A stretch of 64,000 nt of DNA from Octopus vulgaris (Eukaryota), in contig OX597830.1 of the NCBI GenBank assembly GCA_951406725.2, positions 46,190,001-46,254,000 on the forward strand, in the 5' to 3' direction. Positions 34,974 to 47,979 of the stretch are shown here, piece after piece. The notes below the pieces were generated by a model. That model was not told the origin of the DNA, did no database searches, and saw nothing but the letters and a program-made list of their open reading frames with translations. Position numbers and translations under genes: made by a program. How positions within the stretch are numbered: the stretch's first letter is position 1; the number at the start of each line of letters is the position of its first letter.

Positions 34974-35648
34974 GAAACAGGCAATGGAGCCGAGTACAGC
35001 TCACAGCCTTGCCGACTCCAGGAAACAGGCAATGGAGCCGGGTACAGCTCACAGCCTTGCCGACTCCAGGAAACAGGCAATGGAGCCGGGTACAGCTCAC
35101 AGCCTTGCCGACTCCAGGAAACAGGCAATGGAGCCGGGTACAGCTCACAGCCTTGCCGACTCCAGGAAACTCACAGCCTTGCCGACTCCAGGAAACAGGC
35201 AATGGAGCCGGGTACAGCTCACAGCCTTGCCGACTCCAGGAAACAGGCAATGGAGCAAGCTCACAGGCCGAGCCGGGTAGCCGGGTACAGCTCACAGCCT
35301 TGCCGACTCCAGGAAACAGGCAATGGAGCCGGGTACAGCTCACAGCCTTGCCGACTCCAGGAAACAGGCAATGGAGCCGGGTACAGCTCACAGCCTTGCC
35401 GACTCCAGGAAACAGGCAATGGAGCCGGGTACAGCTCACAGCCTTGCCGACTCCAGGAAACAGGCAATGGAGCCGGGTACAGCTCACAGCCTTGCCGACT
35501 CCAGGAAACAGGCAATGGAGCCGGGTACAGCTCACAGCCTTGCCGACTCCAGGAAACAGGCAATGGAGCCGGGTACAGCTCACAGCCTTGCCGACTCCAG
35601 GAAACAGGCAATGGAGCCGGGTACAGCTCACAGCCTTGCCGACTCCAG
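34974..35648. repeat. 48-bp tandem array (about 14 units) inside an RTE 3'-end copy
   Basis: Unit GAAACAGGCAATGGAGCCGGGTACAGCTCACAGCCTTGCCGACTCCAG; 12 regular units, one deleted unit and one scrambled unit. Confidence 0.95.
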
Positions 35649-37292
35649 TCAAACCAACCAACCCATCCCAGCATGGAAAACGGATGTTAAATGACGATGG
35701 TGATGATGCATCAGCACAGACATGGCATTGAAGTAATGAAATTCACTTTGTAATCATCCAAGTTTCAGATTCCATCCCACTGTATGGCACTTTGGCCAAG
35801 TGGCTTCTACAGTAACCTTAGACTCACCAATGCTTTGTCAGGGAAATTGGAAGGCGGAAACTGTACAGAAGTCTCTGTGTATGAACGAGTAAGTGTTTAC
35901 ATGAAGATCTGCGTTGACACCGTGTGGACAACAGTGGTGTTTGCATCTCCTGTAAACAATATATTCTGTAGCCTGGCAGTTCTGACATGTGAAGACCTGT
36001 GGAATAAAAATCATAGCTTATTTAAAAAGCAGGTAAAGTCTGGTAACAGAAACAGCTTCCAGCCATTCACTACATCCTTGGTGTCATCTAATCAATGCCA
36101 GCATGGAAAAAGTGAATGGAAAAAGTATGCTGCTGGATGAGTTCTGCTAAACTATCTGACCCAGAAACTGGACAAAGTGTTCACTGGTACCCGTACAACA
36201 AGGTGGGTTAAATGATTCCAGAGAAATATATTTACAGCAAGCCAACCTGGTAAAACATCTCATTGGAGGTTTTTCTGTGATAAGGAACAGTTATACAAGC
36301 ACTAGAGTCTGAAGTAACTAGTGCGTATCTTTTTCAAAGGCTATCAACTGTGCTATAAAGCAGCAAATGCATCTGAGCATGGAGAATTAATATTTGGTGT
36401 TTCAAACTTTGATAGTTTCAAACTTAAGATATTTTTTTTTGTCTTGAAACATTTCTTATTTCATTGCTCCAAAATGAATTTTCTCTCTTGCACCATAAAC
36501 AAAACAAGTAATTACATAGTGCTCCCACTAGTTACAGCAGGAACATTGATCAATACAATAACATGATTTAAATGTTCTTAGTGATTTTGTTATGTTGTAT
36601 TACTCACCTATTTCAGCATGCAATTTTTGGTTAAATCCTTACAAAAAATGACCAAAAAAAAAAAGCTGAACAAAACAACAAAAAAAAAATTAATGAAAAA
36701 TCTCTGGAAGTTTAGACTGCAAGATTTATTTTAAACATCAAATGATAATAAAGAAAAAAAAAATTGTTAAAAAAATGTAATTAAAAAAAATAAAATACAG
36801 TTTTTTGTCCATATATATATATATATACTTTTTTAATAATTTCTTTTGAATTATGATTTGTACATTGTGTGTAAATAATTTAAAGCTGAGCTACAGTGTT
36901 TATAATGGTGAGTGAGTATAATGAGGAATAATGAAGATTGGAAGAAAAAACATGGAGGAGGAAAAATACAAGGTCAATTATATTCTTGAAAAAGCTTAAC
37001 ACAAATGGTTATCAAAGTTTTACTTCCTCTTTTCTTTTCAAATGAGTGACTAGGGTTACTTTGAAAATAAATTAAACTCGCACACATTCAAACATGTACA
37101 CACACACACAAAGTCTGCTATATATATAAAACCTATATATTTTACATTAGGATTATAAATATATATTATATATATATATATATACATATATATAATAATA
37201 TTAGGGAGTATATCCAAACTTACAGGGAAAAATTAGATTTAGGATTAAATCAAATTTCACAGTTGCCTAATAGTGGTTTTATCTCTAATTTA

Positions 37293-37338
<46 letters not shown>

Positions 37339-37500
37339 AGAGAGAGAGATAGTTATGGTATTTTCTGTTAAGAACGTAGTAGAGTACAGTATAAAGGTCG
37401 TCCACCTTCAGATCTCACCCTTTGCTATCCAGTTGTAGTATTATACATACTTCCAGATTTGGGTGGGGGGCATCTGTCATGTGTGAATAGATAATTGGAA

Positions 37501-37995
37501 AAATTTGGCATCAACAAGGAGTACAGGTGGACATTTATTTTTCAACCACTACAATTGTTTCTATGCAACATACTTATCCAGACTTGCAGGTACTTCATTA
37601 TGCAACTGTTTCCTTGCATTATGAAATCTAGTTGTGTTTCTTCAGGTGATATATGAATATTGTCTCTGAAAGTTCAAATTCTCAGCTTCAAGAACATCCT
37701 CTGTCAGTTGTGGGCTGAATTTAGTAGTAGCCACTGAGTTTATCAAAGTGTGTTGTTACTGAAAGACCATTGGCAACAGTCCTTCAACAGACAGGATGTT
37801 CTTGAAACCAAGATTTTGAATTTAGGAGGACAATATTTACATATCACTTGAGGGAACACAACTAGATCTCATAATGCAGGAAAACGGTTGTATAATCGAG
37901 GACCTGCACACCTGGAGAACTACATTGTGTAGAGACAATTGTAGTGATTGAAAAATAAATGTCCAAGCATATTCCTTCTTGTTGACTCCAAATTT
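37501..37995. repeat. Diverged foldback (arms about 210 bp) carrying long-stem-II hammerhead motifs
   Basis: 37501-37710 versus 37785-37995. Minus motif at 37545-37650: ATCAC-CTGAAGA...GAAA-CAATTG-TA-GTGGT. Confidence 0.8.
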
Positions 37996-38772
37996 TTTTC
38001 AGTTTATATATATATAAACCACATTATGTCTGTCTGTCTAATACAGTTTGAATGTATATTGAATTAATAATATATTTATTGATTAAGCTAAGATTGTTCA
38101 AAGAATACAATTTTCAATGTTCAATGTAAATATGAATATTTGAATATTAAATAGTTTCATGTATAAACAGATAGAACGAAAGAGCAAGCAACACTTGTGA
38201 ATTTCTGGTTGCTTACATTCTATCTAATGTCTGCATATAAAATATATATAAATATATTATATATACATGCACACAACATATATATATATATATATGTCTG
38301 TGTGCTTGTGATATTATTTTTTATAGAAGCATAGCATTATGAAGCATTAAACAAGAGCAGAATGTCTTGTGTAGGGAGAGCAATATGTCGAGAGAGAGAG
38401 AGTGAAGCTCACACACACACACTGGAATCTAAAAGCCTTGCACTTCATGTGCCCGGCAAATGCACCCTTTATACACACAGACACACACACACATGCCAGG
38501 TAAATGCACCCTTTATATACACCCACACACTTTTTACAGAGAAAAGTAAATTATTTTCAATTTCTTTGGATGAAAAAAAAAAAAAACCCTCAAAAGAAAG
38601 CAAGTTCTACACACTACGACAGGAAATTATATATATATATAAAAATTATAAATTAGGGTATCTCATAGATACCCTAATTTATAATTTTAATAATTATTAC
38701 CTTTGAAGGTTATTTTTTCCATGCTGACCACTTGATAAAATCGTTATTTAGCTTTTAAATTAACGATTGTAT

Positions 38773-38810
<38 letters not shown>

Positions 38811-40288
38811 CATGTAGTTATATATTTGGGGTATCTGTTTAGCCCTTGGTTTTGTTTGCCTTTTTTTTTTATTCTAGATCCATTATTTCAAAGAAGCCTA
38901 TACAATTGCGCTGTAGTTTTAACTGATGCAATATCAACATCTTAGACCAAACAGGAGACAGAAATAACTTACAATGGAGATTTTGGATGGTCAATGTCAG
39001 AATGCTGATGATTGCTCTTTACATAGAGACGGTTCTTAGTTCTCTTCTGTACAACTCAACCCAAACGGATCAAGGGGTATGTTGTAAAACCTGAAACACT
39101 CAGAGATTCAAAGAAACAATATGGATGAGATGCCCAAAAGTGTGTATCAATAGATGTAGGAAAAACTGAAACACATTTTTACTATACACACCAATAGTAA
39201 TAATAATAATTATTTTAATTACAACTACTATTTAGTGTTGTTATTACAACTGTTTCGTTATTCTGGACTTTGTTTTTTTTTTTTGTGATATAATGTATTA
39301 GATAAAAGAACAAAACTTTTTAAAGGCAACCTATTCTCATTCATATTTACCATTATTATTATTACCAATTTCATTATGAAGAATTCAAAGTTGTCATAGG
39401 AGCTCTGTTGTTGAATTTAAAACGAAAGTAGTCAACAGCTCAGAGGGCAGAAGAATGACTGTGCAATGTGAGAGGAGATTCTTGCTGAAACAAACTAGAA
39501 CTTGTGGTATTGGTGGACACTCATCAGACAGGTAGCAAGAATCACCACTGGGCAGCTCCCAGGTCAATAGGGGTACACCAGACAGTACCCAGTCATTTGA
39601 CAGTCAATCACTAATGGTGATTTTTCTTCTTACTCTGTGAAAAGAAGAAAAGAACTTATTAATTTGTGATATGCAAAAATAAAAAGCAACAAATTACTCA
39701 ACATGACATTTTGACAGGAAATGGTGGATCTCATATTAATATGTCCTGTTTTAAAACCAACAAAGACAGAAAAAGCATTTGAGATATAAAACATGAAACG
39801 GGACAAAAAGAAAGAAAAGTTTCAAAATCTTGAAACATATTTGTAAATGGTTAAAATCCAGTGCTTGATGATCAGTAAAAATTATAGTGTTGTAGATTAC
39901 ATTTGTAACAAAAATAGAGGCTTTGGGGTTGAGCCAAGCTTTGTGAGTGAAATTTGATAAATGGAGAATGTGCAGAAGCCTGTTGTGTGTGTTGCGATAG
40001 TGATTTAGGTTGGGTGTAAGACTGACTAGCAGGCCTGTAAGCAAAGGTCTTCCAGCCGTGATCAATCTTTGTTTTTTTTTTTTTGTTTTTTTTTGTATTT
40101 CAGCAAACTTGGCCACTCAGTAGTATTTGATAAAATGAGTACCAAACTACTTACATACTGGAGAGTGACATAAATAACTAAAACCCGTTGAATACAGTAC
40201 TCCAGCATGGGCACAATCTAATGACTAAAACTAATGAAGAAAAATAAAAAATAGAGGAATTAGACAAAAGTGACAAAAACTTCAGTAT

Positions 40289-40444
40289 AGGAGGAGTGGC
40301 TGTGTGGTAAGTAGCTTGCTTACTAACCACATGGTTCTGGGTTCATTCCCACTGCGTGGCACCTTGGGCAAGTGTTTCTACTATAGCCTCGGGCTGACCA
40401 AAGCCTTGAGTAGATTTGGTAAATGGAAACTGAAAGAAGCCCGT

Positions 40445-40475
<31 letters not shown>

Positions 40476-40677
40476 TTGTGTGTCTGTGTTTGTCCACCCA
40501 ACATCGCTTGACAACCAATGGTGGTGTGTTTACGTGCCCCGTAACTTAGCGGTTCGGCAAAAGAGACTGATAGAATAAGTACTAGGCTCACAAAGAATAT
40601 GTCCTGGGGTTGATTTGCTCAACTAAAGGCGGTGCTCCAGCAAGGCCACAGTCAAATGACTGAAACAAGTAAAAGAG
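40289..40677 (+). mobile_element. SINE family B, full length
   Basis: Head, microsatellite and CR1-like tail all present. Confidence 0.88.
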
Positions 40678-41029
40678 TATGAAGAATGTGAGACAATATG
40701 ATTTGATCCTTTCAGCTGTATTTTCTCTCACTGCCTTATTAACGCAAAAACAAACTAATTCCTTATCTTCATTTGAACATCTACTTTCCCATGTTTGCAT
40801 TGGTCAGATGGAATTTATTGGAAGCAGATTTTCTATGGCAAGATGTCCTTCTTGTTGCCACCATTCGCCCGTTTCCAAGCAAGGCAATGTTTCTCGATGA
40901 CCAAATGTATTCTTGCAGAGAATTGGAAATGCATGACACTGACAATCATCCACAACTATTAGACAATGTCAAGACAAGGAGATACAAACATACATGCAGA
41001 TGTGTGAGGAGCTGCATCTGTGTGTTACC

Positions 41030-41400
41030 AATACCATGTTTCAACAAAACAATTAGTTTAAGACCACATGGATGCACCCTGCATCTAAAGAATGGCATAT
41101 TCTGGATTACATCCTTGTTAGGGTGTGTGACAAACAGGATGTGCAGTGTGTTCATGTTCTTCGTGGAGCTGAGTGTTGGACTGACCACCGCCTAGTACGT
41201 GCAAAAGCGAAATTAGTCACAAAACATAAAATCCGAGCTGCAGGGATTACCCTGCCTAAAAGACTGAATGTTGATCGTCATAGGTGTAATAGTATGAAGA
41301 GAACTTTAAGAGAGGAAATGAATGCTACAGATATTGGGGAGGATTGGTCAACCCTTAAAAAGTCAGTTTATGATATAGGCAAGAAAGTTCTGGGATTGAT
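41030..41400 (+). mobile_element. RTE LINE apurinic-endonuclease fragment
   Basis: TWMHPASKEWHILDYILVR...RGAECWTDHRLVRAK. Confidence 0.85.
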
Positions 41401-41742
41401 ATATATGTATAAAAATATATATAAAAATACAAAATGGGACAAGAACGCAAAACATTCAAATAGACGATACAAAAAACGGACGGGTCATTCGAAGCCTCTA
41501 ATCTTCAGTCAAGAACCGGATCATCCTCGCAATTTCGGCTGATTAATCTTGAGATTGCTCCGATCTGGCCAGCCCCGAGGAAAAACTAAGCTACGAGCAT
41601 TAGATTTCTTGGAAAAAGGATCGAACATATACGAAACAAGGACAGAAAAACGGACGATGTTACACGAATATAAATACAAAAAACAAATGGTAATACGAAT
41701 ATAAATACAAAAAACAATAATAATAATAATAACAGGACAAAA

Positions 41743-41782
<40 letters not shown>

Positions 41783-41798
41783 TCGTACAAACATAGCT

Positions 41799-42010
41799 GA
41801 AGTGGGGCTGTAAAGTTCCTGGCTTTAAGGGTATCATGAAAGGCCTGGCTGGAGGCCCAACCTTCCAAGTTTCTTCTTTTTACAGGGCTTAGAAAAACTG
41901 AAAGTCTGCAGCAATAAGTGCATGAATATGAGAGCAGAATGTGTTGGATAAAATTATTTCTGATTGCTCTGTATTTTCTTTTACCCAAAGCCAGGAACTT
42001 TTCAGCACCT
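41799..42010 (+). mobile_element. Mariner-derived MITE
   Basis: TIRs GGGCTGTAAAGTTCCTGGCTTT and AAAGCCAGGAACTTTTCAGCACC; the internal remnant resembles a transposase C-terminus. Confidence 0.7.
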
Positions 42011-42051
42011 GTGTGTGTGTGTGTGCGCGCGCGCGCACACACATGTGTATA

Positions 42052-42256
42052 TTTACTCTTTTACTTGTTTCAGTCATTTGACTGCGGCCATGCTGGAGCA
42101 CCACCTTTAGTTGAGCAAATCGACCCCGGCACTTATTCTTTGTAAGCCCAGTACTTATTCTATCGGTCTCTTTTGCCGAACCGCTAAGTGACGGGGACAT
42201 AAACACACCAGCATCGGTTGTCAAGCAATGCCAGGGGATCAAACACAGACACACAA

Positions 42257-42287
<31 letters not shown>

Positions 42288-42450
42288 CGACAGGCTTCTT
42301 TCAGTTTCCGTCTACCAAATCCACTCACAAGGCATTGGTCGGCCTGGGGCTATAGCAGAAGACACTTGCCCAAGATGCCACGCAGTGGGACTGAACCCAG
42401 AACCACGTGGTTGGTTAGCAAGCTACTTACCACACAGCCACTCCTGCACC
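42052..42450 (-). mobile_element. SINE family B, full length
   Basis: Reverse complement of 52691-53085. Confidence 0.9.
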
Positions 42451-43864
42451 TATATATATATATATATATTATGCTTTTTTGAGAAGACGAGTGAAAGTAA
42501 CTTTGAAGTTTCAGCCAGCTAGCTTTTGTCATTCTACTGTATGAATTTGACCTCATAATAGTACAACAAACATGTACTCCTCAAAAAAGTGAATATACTC
42601 CTTAGTTTAATACTAAATTATTCCTATATATAACTCTATATAAAATGAAAGATATATATATATACACACAGACATACATATGTGTGTTTGTATGCAATGG
42701 GCTTCCACACAGTTTCTATCTGCCAAGAGTTCTCACAGGGCATTGGTCGACCTGGGGCTACAGTAAAAGACATTTACCTGCCCAAGGTGCTGTGCAATAG
42801 GATTGATTCCAGAACCCCATGCTTACAGGAAGGGCTTCTTAACCTTATGACCACAGCTGAGCCTATATTTCTACTTAATTAGAAATGGATTTAAATACAT
42901 TGTTATTGAAGTGAGCCTGGGTTGCTGCTTCATTAGTCTTGTGGGTACAGATGTATGTAGACAGTAGTAAGAACATTCTGAGCCAGGTTCAATCCTAGTT
43001 AGCACACAGGAGTCCTAAAGTAAATTTTTCAATTTTTTTTTCTTATCTCTAAGGATAAGTAAAATAAAATTTTTTAAATGAAGATTTTTAATAAAATAAG
43101 CATTGTAGGGATCAGTTGAAACCCTCAGCCCTAGATTACTAACCTCAAAACACACCTGACCAGTAATGCTACTTACAAAAAATGAGAAATTTCTAATCTA
43201 TTTTACTCATTGGTGAGTGATTCTATACGATAGATTGCAGGGTAGCCATGGGGCTTGTCCCCAGCACAGAACCTCCTTTCCACCCGTTCAAATATTCCAC
43301 CAACCCCCGATAAGGGGCAGCTTTTCTTTTTTCCCTCTTTCCTGTCCTGGTGACCTCACAAGTGCTGGAGCCACATAAAAAGCACCCAGTCCACACTGCC
43401 AAGTGGTCGGGATTAGGAAAGGCATCCAACCACAGAAACCATGCCACAGCTGACATGGAACATGATGCAGTCTCATGGGTTACTGGATTCTGTCAAATTG
43501 CCTAACCCATGCTCATCATCATTTAAGGTCCATTTTCCATACTGGCATGGATTGGACAGTTTGACAAGCTCTGGCAAGCCAAAAGGCCACATTGCACTCC
43601 AAACAACTACAATAGAGACGCAGATATATTTTGTTTGCAATTTTCACAGTAAAAGCACTAAAGACAGCCATTGATTAAAAGACCTCTAAAACCTTGGAAG
43701 ATATAAAATTCATTGAGATAACATTTAGAAGTTTCAAAAATTGTGATTCATTTACTCAGTAGAACAGATTACTGTCCCTAAGTAATTGGCAGATTATAAA
43801 ATAATACCCAATGCACAACTCATTTTATTTGGTAATCCAGAGAAGGAATCCTTATACTGACACT

Positions 43865-44140
43865 CACTCGGTTAAAACGATGAGCGTCCCAGTTGATTCA
43901 ATCAATGGAACAGCCCGTAAGTGAAGTCAATGTGCAAGAGGCTGAGCACTTCACAAACATGTGTACCCTTCAGTGTGAGACAGAATGTGACAAAGTTGGC
44001 CCTTTGAAACACAGGTACAACTCATTTTTTTTCAGCTGAGCAATGTGAAATGAAGTCTTGCTCAAGGATATGTGTTGTATCCAACTCACGATCCTACAGT
44101 TGTGAGCTGAACATCCTAGCCAGTAAGTGATGCAATTTCA
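43865..44140 (-). mobile_element. Degenerate tRNA-derived SINE, third family
   Basis: Minus strand has a tRNA-like head followed by a CCTTGAGCAAGAC motif. Confidence 0.5.
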
Positions 44141-44494
44141 CAGGAAATTGCTCTGCGTTTCCTTCAAAGTTTCAAGGCTGATCACAATCACCAGATCCAC
44201 ATGAACTTAATAGATCCAGTTCAGCTTTCTATCAGATTGTTGACAGATAAAATTGTATAAGGTGTCTTCTGTATGTTCTGCTCTACTTGTTAAGGGGTAT
44301 TTAAGAATTCTATGGAAATATGATACTGAAGGCAACGTCTGTTTATTAATAAACTGTTTTAGAATAGAAAAAACTCTTAAAACTACCACTGTTTATGTTT
44401 GTTTGCTTGTGTGTATGTGTTTGTATATTATATATATATATATATATATCATCATCATTGTCGTTTGATTATAAAAATATATGAAACCATTATT

Positions 44495-45520
44495 CTATAC
44501 TGAGAGTGTAGTGGGTGTTTTTCATGTGCCACTCAGGCGGTTCTGGCAACAACCATACTCAAAAGGTGTTTTTACATGCTACCTGCACGGGAGCCAGTCC
44601 GACGGCACTGGCAACAACCATGCTCAAATGTTTTACATGTGCCAGTAAGGCGATGTTGGCAAAGATCACACTCAATTGGTACTTTTCATGTGTCACCGGC
44701 ATGGGACCCAATCTGTGGCCCTGGCAATAATCACGCTTGGATATGCTTCTTTTAACATTCCACTGGCATGAGTGCCAATCAGGCGGTACTGTCGTCGGCC
44801 ATGTCAGTGATTTTGATTTCACTTGCCTCAATAGGTCTTCACAAGCAAGGTTTATAGTCCAATGAATGAAGGGTATTCATAAATGAGCTGGTTACCCCAC
44901 TGGCATAGGCCATGGTCTCACTTAGCTTGTCAGGTCTTCTCAAGCACAGCATATCTCCAAAGGTCTCAGTCACTAGTCAATTGCCTCGGTGAGGCCCAAT
45001 ATTCGAAGGTTGTGCTTCACCACCTCATCCTGGGTTTTCCTGGGTCTACCTCTTCCACAGGTTCCCTCAACTGCTAGGGTGTGACACTTTTTCACACAGC
45101 TGTCCTCATTCATTTACAACACATGACCATACCAGTGCAGTCATCTCTCTTGCACACCACATCTAATGCTTCTTAAATCCAACTTTACTCTCAGGGTGCT
45201 TACACACTGTCATGTATGCACACTGACATTACACATCCATCGGAATATACTGGCTTCATTCCTTGCAAGCTTACATATGTCTTCAGCAGTCATGGCCCAT
45301 GTTTCACTGTCATGTAGCATGGCTGTTCACACACATGCATCATACAGTCTACCTTTTACTCTGAGCGAGAGGCCCTGTGTCACCAGCAGAGGTAGGAGCC
45401 CTCTGAACTTTGCCCAGGCTATTCTTATTCTAGCAGCTACACTTTCAGAGCATCCACCCCTGCTACTGACTTGGTCCCCTAGGTAATAGAAGCTATCAAC
45501 TACTACTTGTTTTTCTCCCA
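44495..45520 (-). mobile_element. RTE LINE 3' fragment (ORF end and 3' UTR)
   Basis: VVDSFYYLGDQVS...ARIRIAWAKFRGLLPLL...KGRLYDACV, then WYGHV, running into the tandem-unit 3' UTR. Confidence 0.88.
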
Positions 45521-46644
45521 AAAATATATATCATATATATATATATATATATATGTATGTATATATATATATGCATGCATGTATATATATATAGATAGAT
45601 ATACATGTAGACATACAGATATACATATACATGTATGCATATAAATCTATATATATGCATATATGTGTGTGTGTGTGTGTGTGTATATATATGTATAAAT
45701 ATATGTATGCATGTATATATGTGTATATATATATGTATGTCATATATATCTATGTCTATATATATATATAGATGTATATGTATATGTACATATATATCTA
45801 TATATGTACATATAATGGATATCTCTTCACCAGAAACGATGTGAGATGGTTAAACAGAGGTAAATATACGAGTTCAAAATAAGGAATTATTATGGAAAAG
45901 GAGGAGATAAGGAATATAGAGGGAAATAAGAGAAAGAAAGTAGAAATAAAAATTTAAAATATATAAAGATATTGTAGTTGCAGTTCCATTATATGAGGAA
46001 AATGGTGCATAGAAGCGGTAAAAATGTTTCCTGTACATGGTATGTAAGTTCCAATAGTAGCTCATGTTTAGTCATTGAAGCCGTGAATTCTGTGCTGTTC
46101 ATTCGAAAGGGTCTTGTGGTGTGAATGAAAATTTGAGAATGTATTGGTTGCATTTGTGGACAGATGGTGGGGTGAGAATGGTAATGTAAATGATGACAAT
46201 GAAACCTTGGTATGTGACCAATCATTATATTTTGTATCTTTTCATTTGTCTTGCTCGCTTTACGTTCTGGCATTTTCCAAATTTTCTTGAGAATACACAC
46301 ACACACAAATATGTATATATAATGAATCAAGCAAAACACATGTTTTGTTTTGCCCTTAGGCATACCAGGTGCTGCAGAGAAGAAATTGTATTTTGTTGGG
46401 TTGATTGTTTTTGAGTTCATTATTCTGTGGCCTGTGTCCTCATGAAGAGGTAACTCCAAGACAACTGATTGTTGGGACCTTTTGGCCTCAGTGTATATAA
46501 ACACTGACAGCAAATGCATTAATAGCAGGCTAAAGGCCAAAGTGCAATGCAGTGGAATTGAACCTGGAAGCATACGGTTTCAAAGCAAATTCCTTTTGAC
46601 CAACACTTACATGATTAAAAGACTTTTTGCACAAGATTTTGGCT

Positions 46645-46682
<38 letters not shown>

Positions 46683-46902
46683 CATACATACGACAAATAA
46701 GAAAATGGAGAGGATATTTGCCGCATAAATTAAGGGTCAACCACTTTTTACCCCCTCCCATATATAACACACTATTGCAAGATTGCCACACAATAACTAG
46801 CACTTGGGTATGAATAATTGGGTACACTACCAGCAGTATATTGGATAGGTACTATCCCTTAGATGGATGGTTTCCCAACCTCTAACTCACACAGAAATAT
46901 AT

Positions 46903-47492
46903 CATCATCATCATCATTTAACGTCCGCTTTCCATGCTAGCATGGGTTGGACGGTTCAACTGGGGTCTGGGGAGCCCGAAGGCTGCACCAGGCCAGTCGG
47001 ATCTGGCAGTGTTTCTACAGCTGGATGCCCTTCCTAATGCCAACCACTCCGAGAGTGTAGTGGGTGATTTTATGTGCCACCGACACAGGTGCCAGACGAG
47101 GCTGGCGAACGGCCACGCTCGGATGGTGTTTTTTATGTGCCACCGACACAGGTGCCAGACGAGGCTGGCAGACGGCCACGCTCGGATGGTGTTTTTTATG
47201 TGCCTCCGACACAGGCGCCAGACGAGGCTGGCGAACGGCCACGATCGGATGGGGTTTGTTACGTGCCCACAGCACGGAGGCCAGTCGATGCGGTACTGGC
47301 TACGGCCACGTTCGGATGGTTTTCTTATGTGCCACCGGCACTGGTACCACGAAGATACAAATTCCATTGATGTTCATCTATTTTGATTTGGCTTGATTTT
47401 GATTTTCACTTGCCTCAACAGGTCTTCACAAGTGTCACAAGAAGGAAGGTATGCACAGGTGGACTGACTATGTCCCAGGTAGGGGCCACGGG
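46903..47492 (-). mobile_element. RTE LINE 3' end, young copy with about 5 internal units
   Basis: Repeated ATGTGCCACCGACACAGGTGCCAGACGAGGCTGGC units and (GAT)n tail. Confidence 0.85.
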
Positions 47493-47759
47493 TTATATAT
47501 ATATATATATATATACTCCCCTTGTCACCTCTTGAGAGAGGATTGCATGTGTTTTCTGTCGACCTCAGGACTAAAGAAGTACAGTGAGCAGAACTGGTGT
47601 CCTTTGCCCTAACAAAAGAAGCTGAAGCCTCCTCCATCTGTGACACAAAAAAAAGTTTAGGCATCTCAAATTACAGACATTCTGAAAATTAACTCCAGAC
47701 AATTTAAAATTCAAATAAACAAATCTTTTTTTTTTAAAAAAAAAAGATGTTATATTTAA

Positions 47760-47979
47760 CCCTTTTGTGTTCAGATTACTCTGTTAATTGTAATATTTTT
47801 TTACTCAAATTACTTTTAATCAATCATGCATTGCCTTGCTGCTTTGAGATTTCAATGTAGTGATTGTTTATTTTTAGAATGTCAATGTAGGTTAGATGTG
47901 AGAGGCTAGATATCGCCAGTTTGAATATAAAACATGTAGAATATTTGGGCCGGATATGGCTGGTTTAAACACTAAAGGG
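47760..47979. mobile_element. piggyBac-type MITE (same family as 1031-1251, opposite orientation)
   Basis: TTAA|CCCTTT...AAAGGG|TTAA. Confidence 0.85.

Noticed and set aside
34974-35648. CRISPR array or repeat-protein gene
   Set aside because: Units are head-to-tail with no unique spacers, there are no cas genes, and the context is eukaryotic. The ORFs follow from a stop-free 48-bp unit.
39390-39634. UGA readthrough or selenocysteine in a minus-strand frame
   Set aside because: No protein homology, no SECIS seen, and the transcript itself is unproven.
41480-41590. Hammerhead on the minus strand (CAGCC-GAAA... and CTGAAGA)
   Set aside because: TCCTC/GAGGA and GGCTG/CAGCC stems are present, but no CUGANGA core lies between them, and the downstream CTGAAGA has no matching GAAA or stems. 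At most a decayed relic.
45989-46573. 194-aa minus-strand ORF
   Set aside because: Starts in a SINE remnant, crosses a microsatellite and has no recognisable domain. Splice-like signals occur on both strands, so no call was made.
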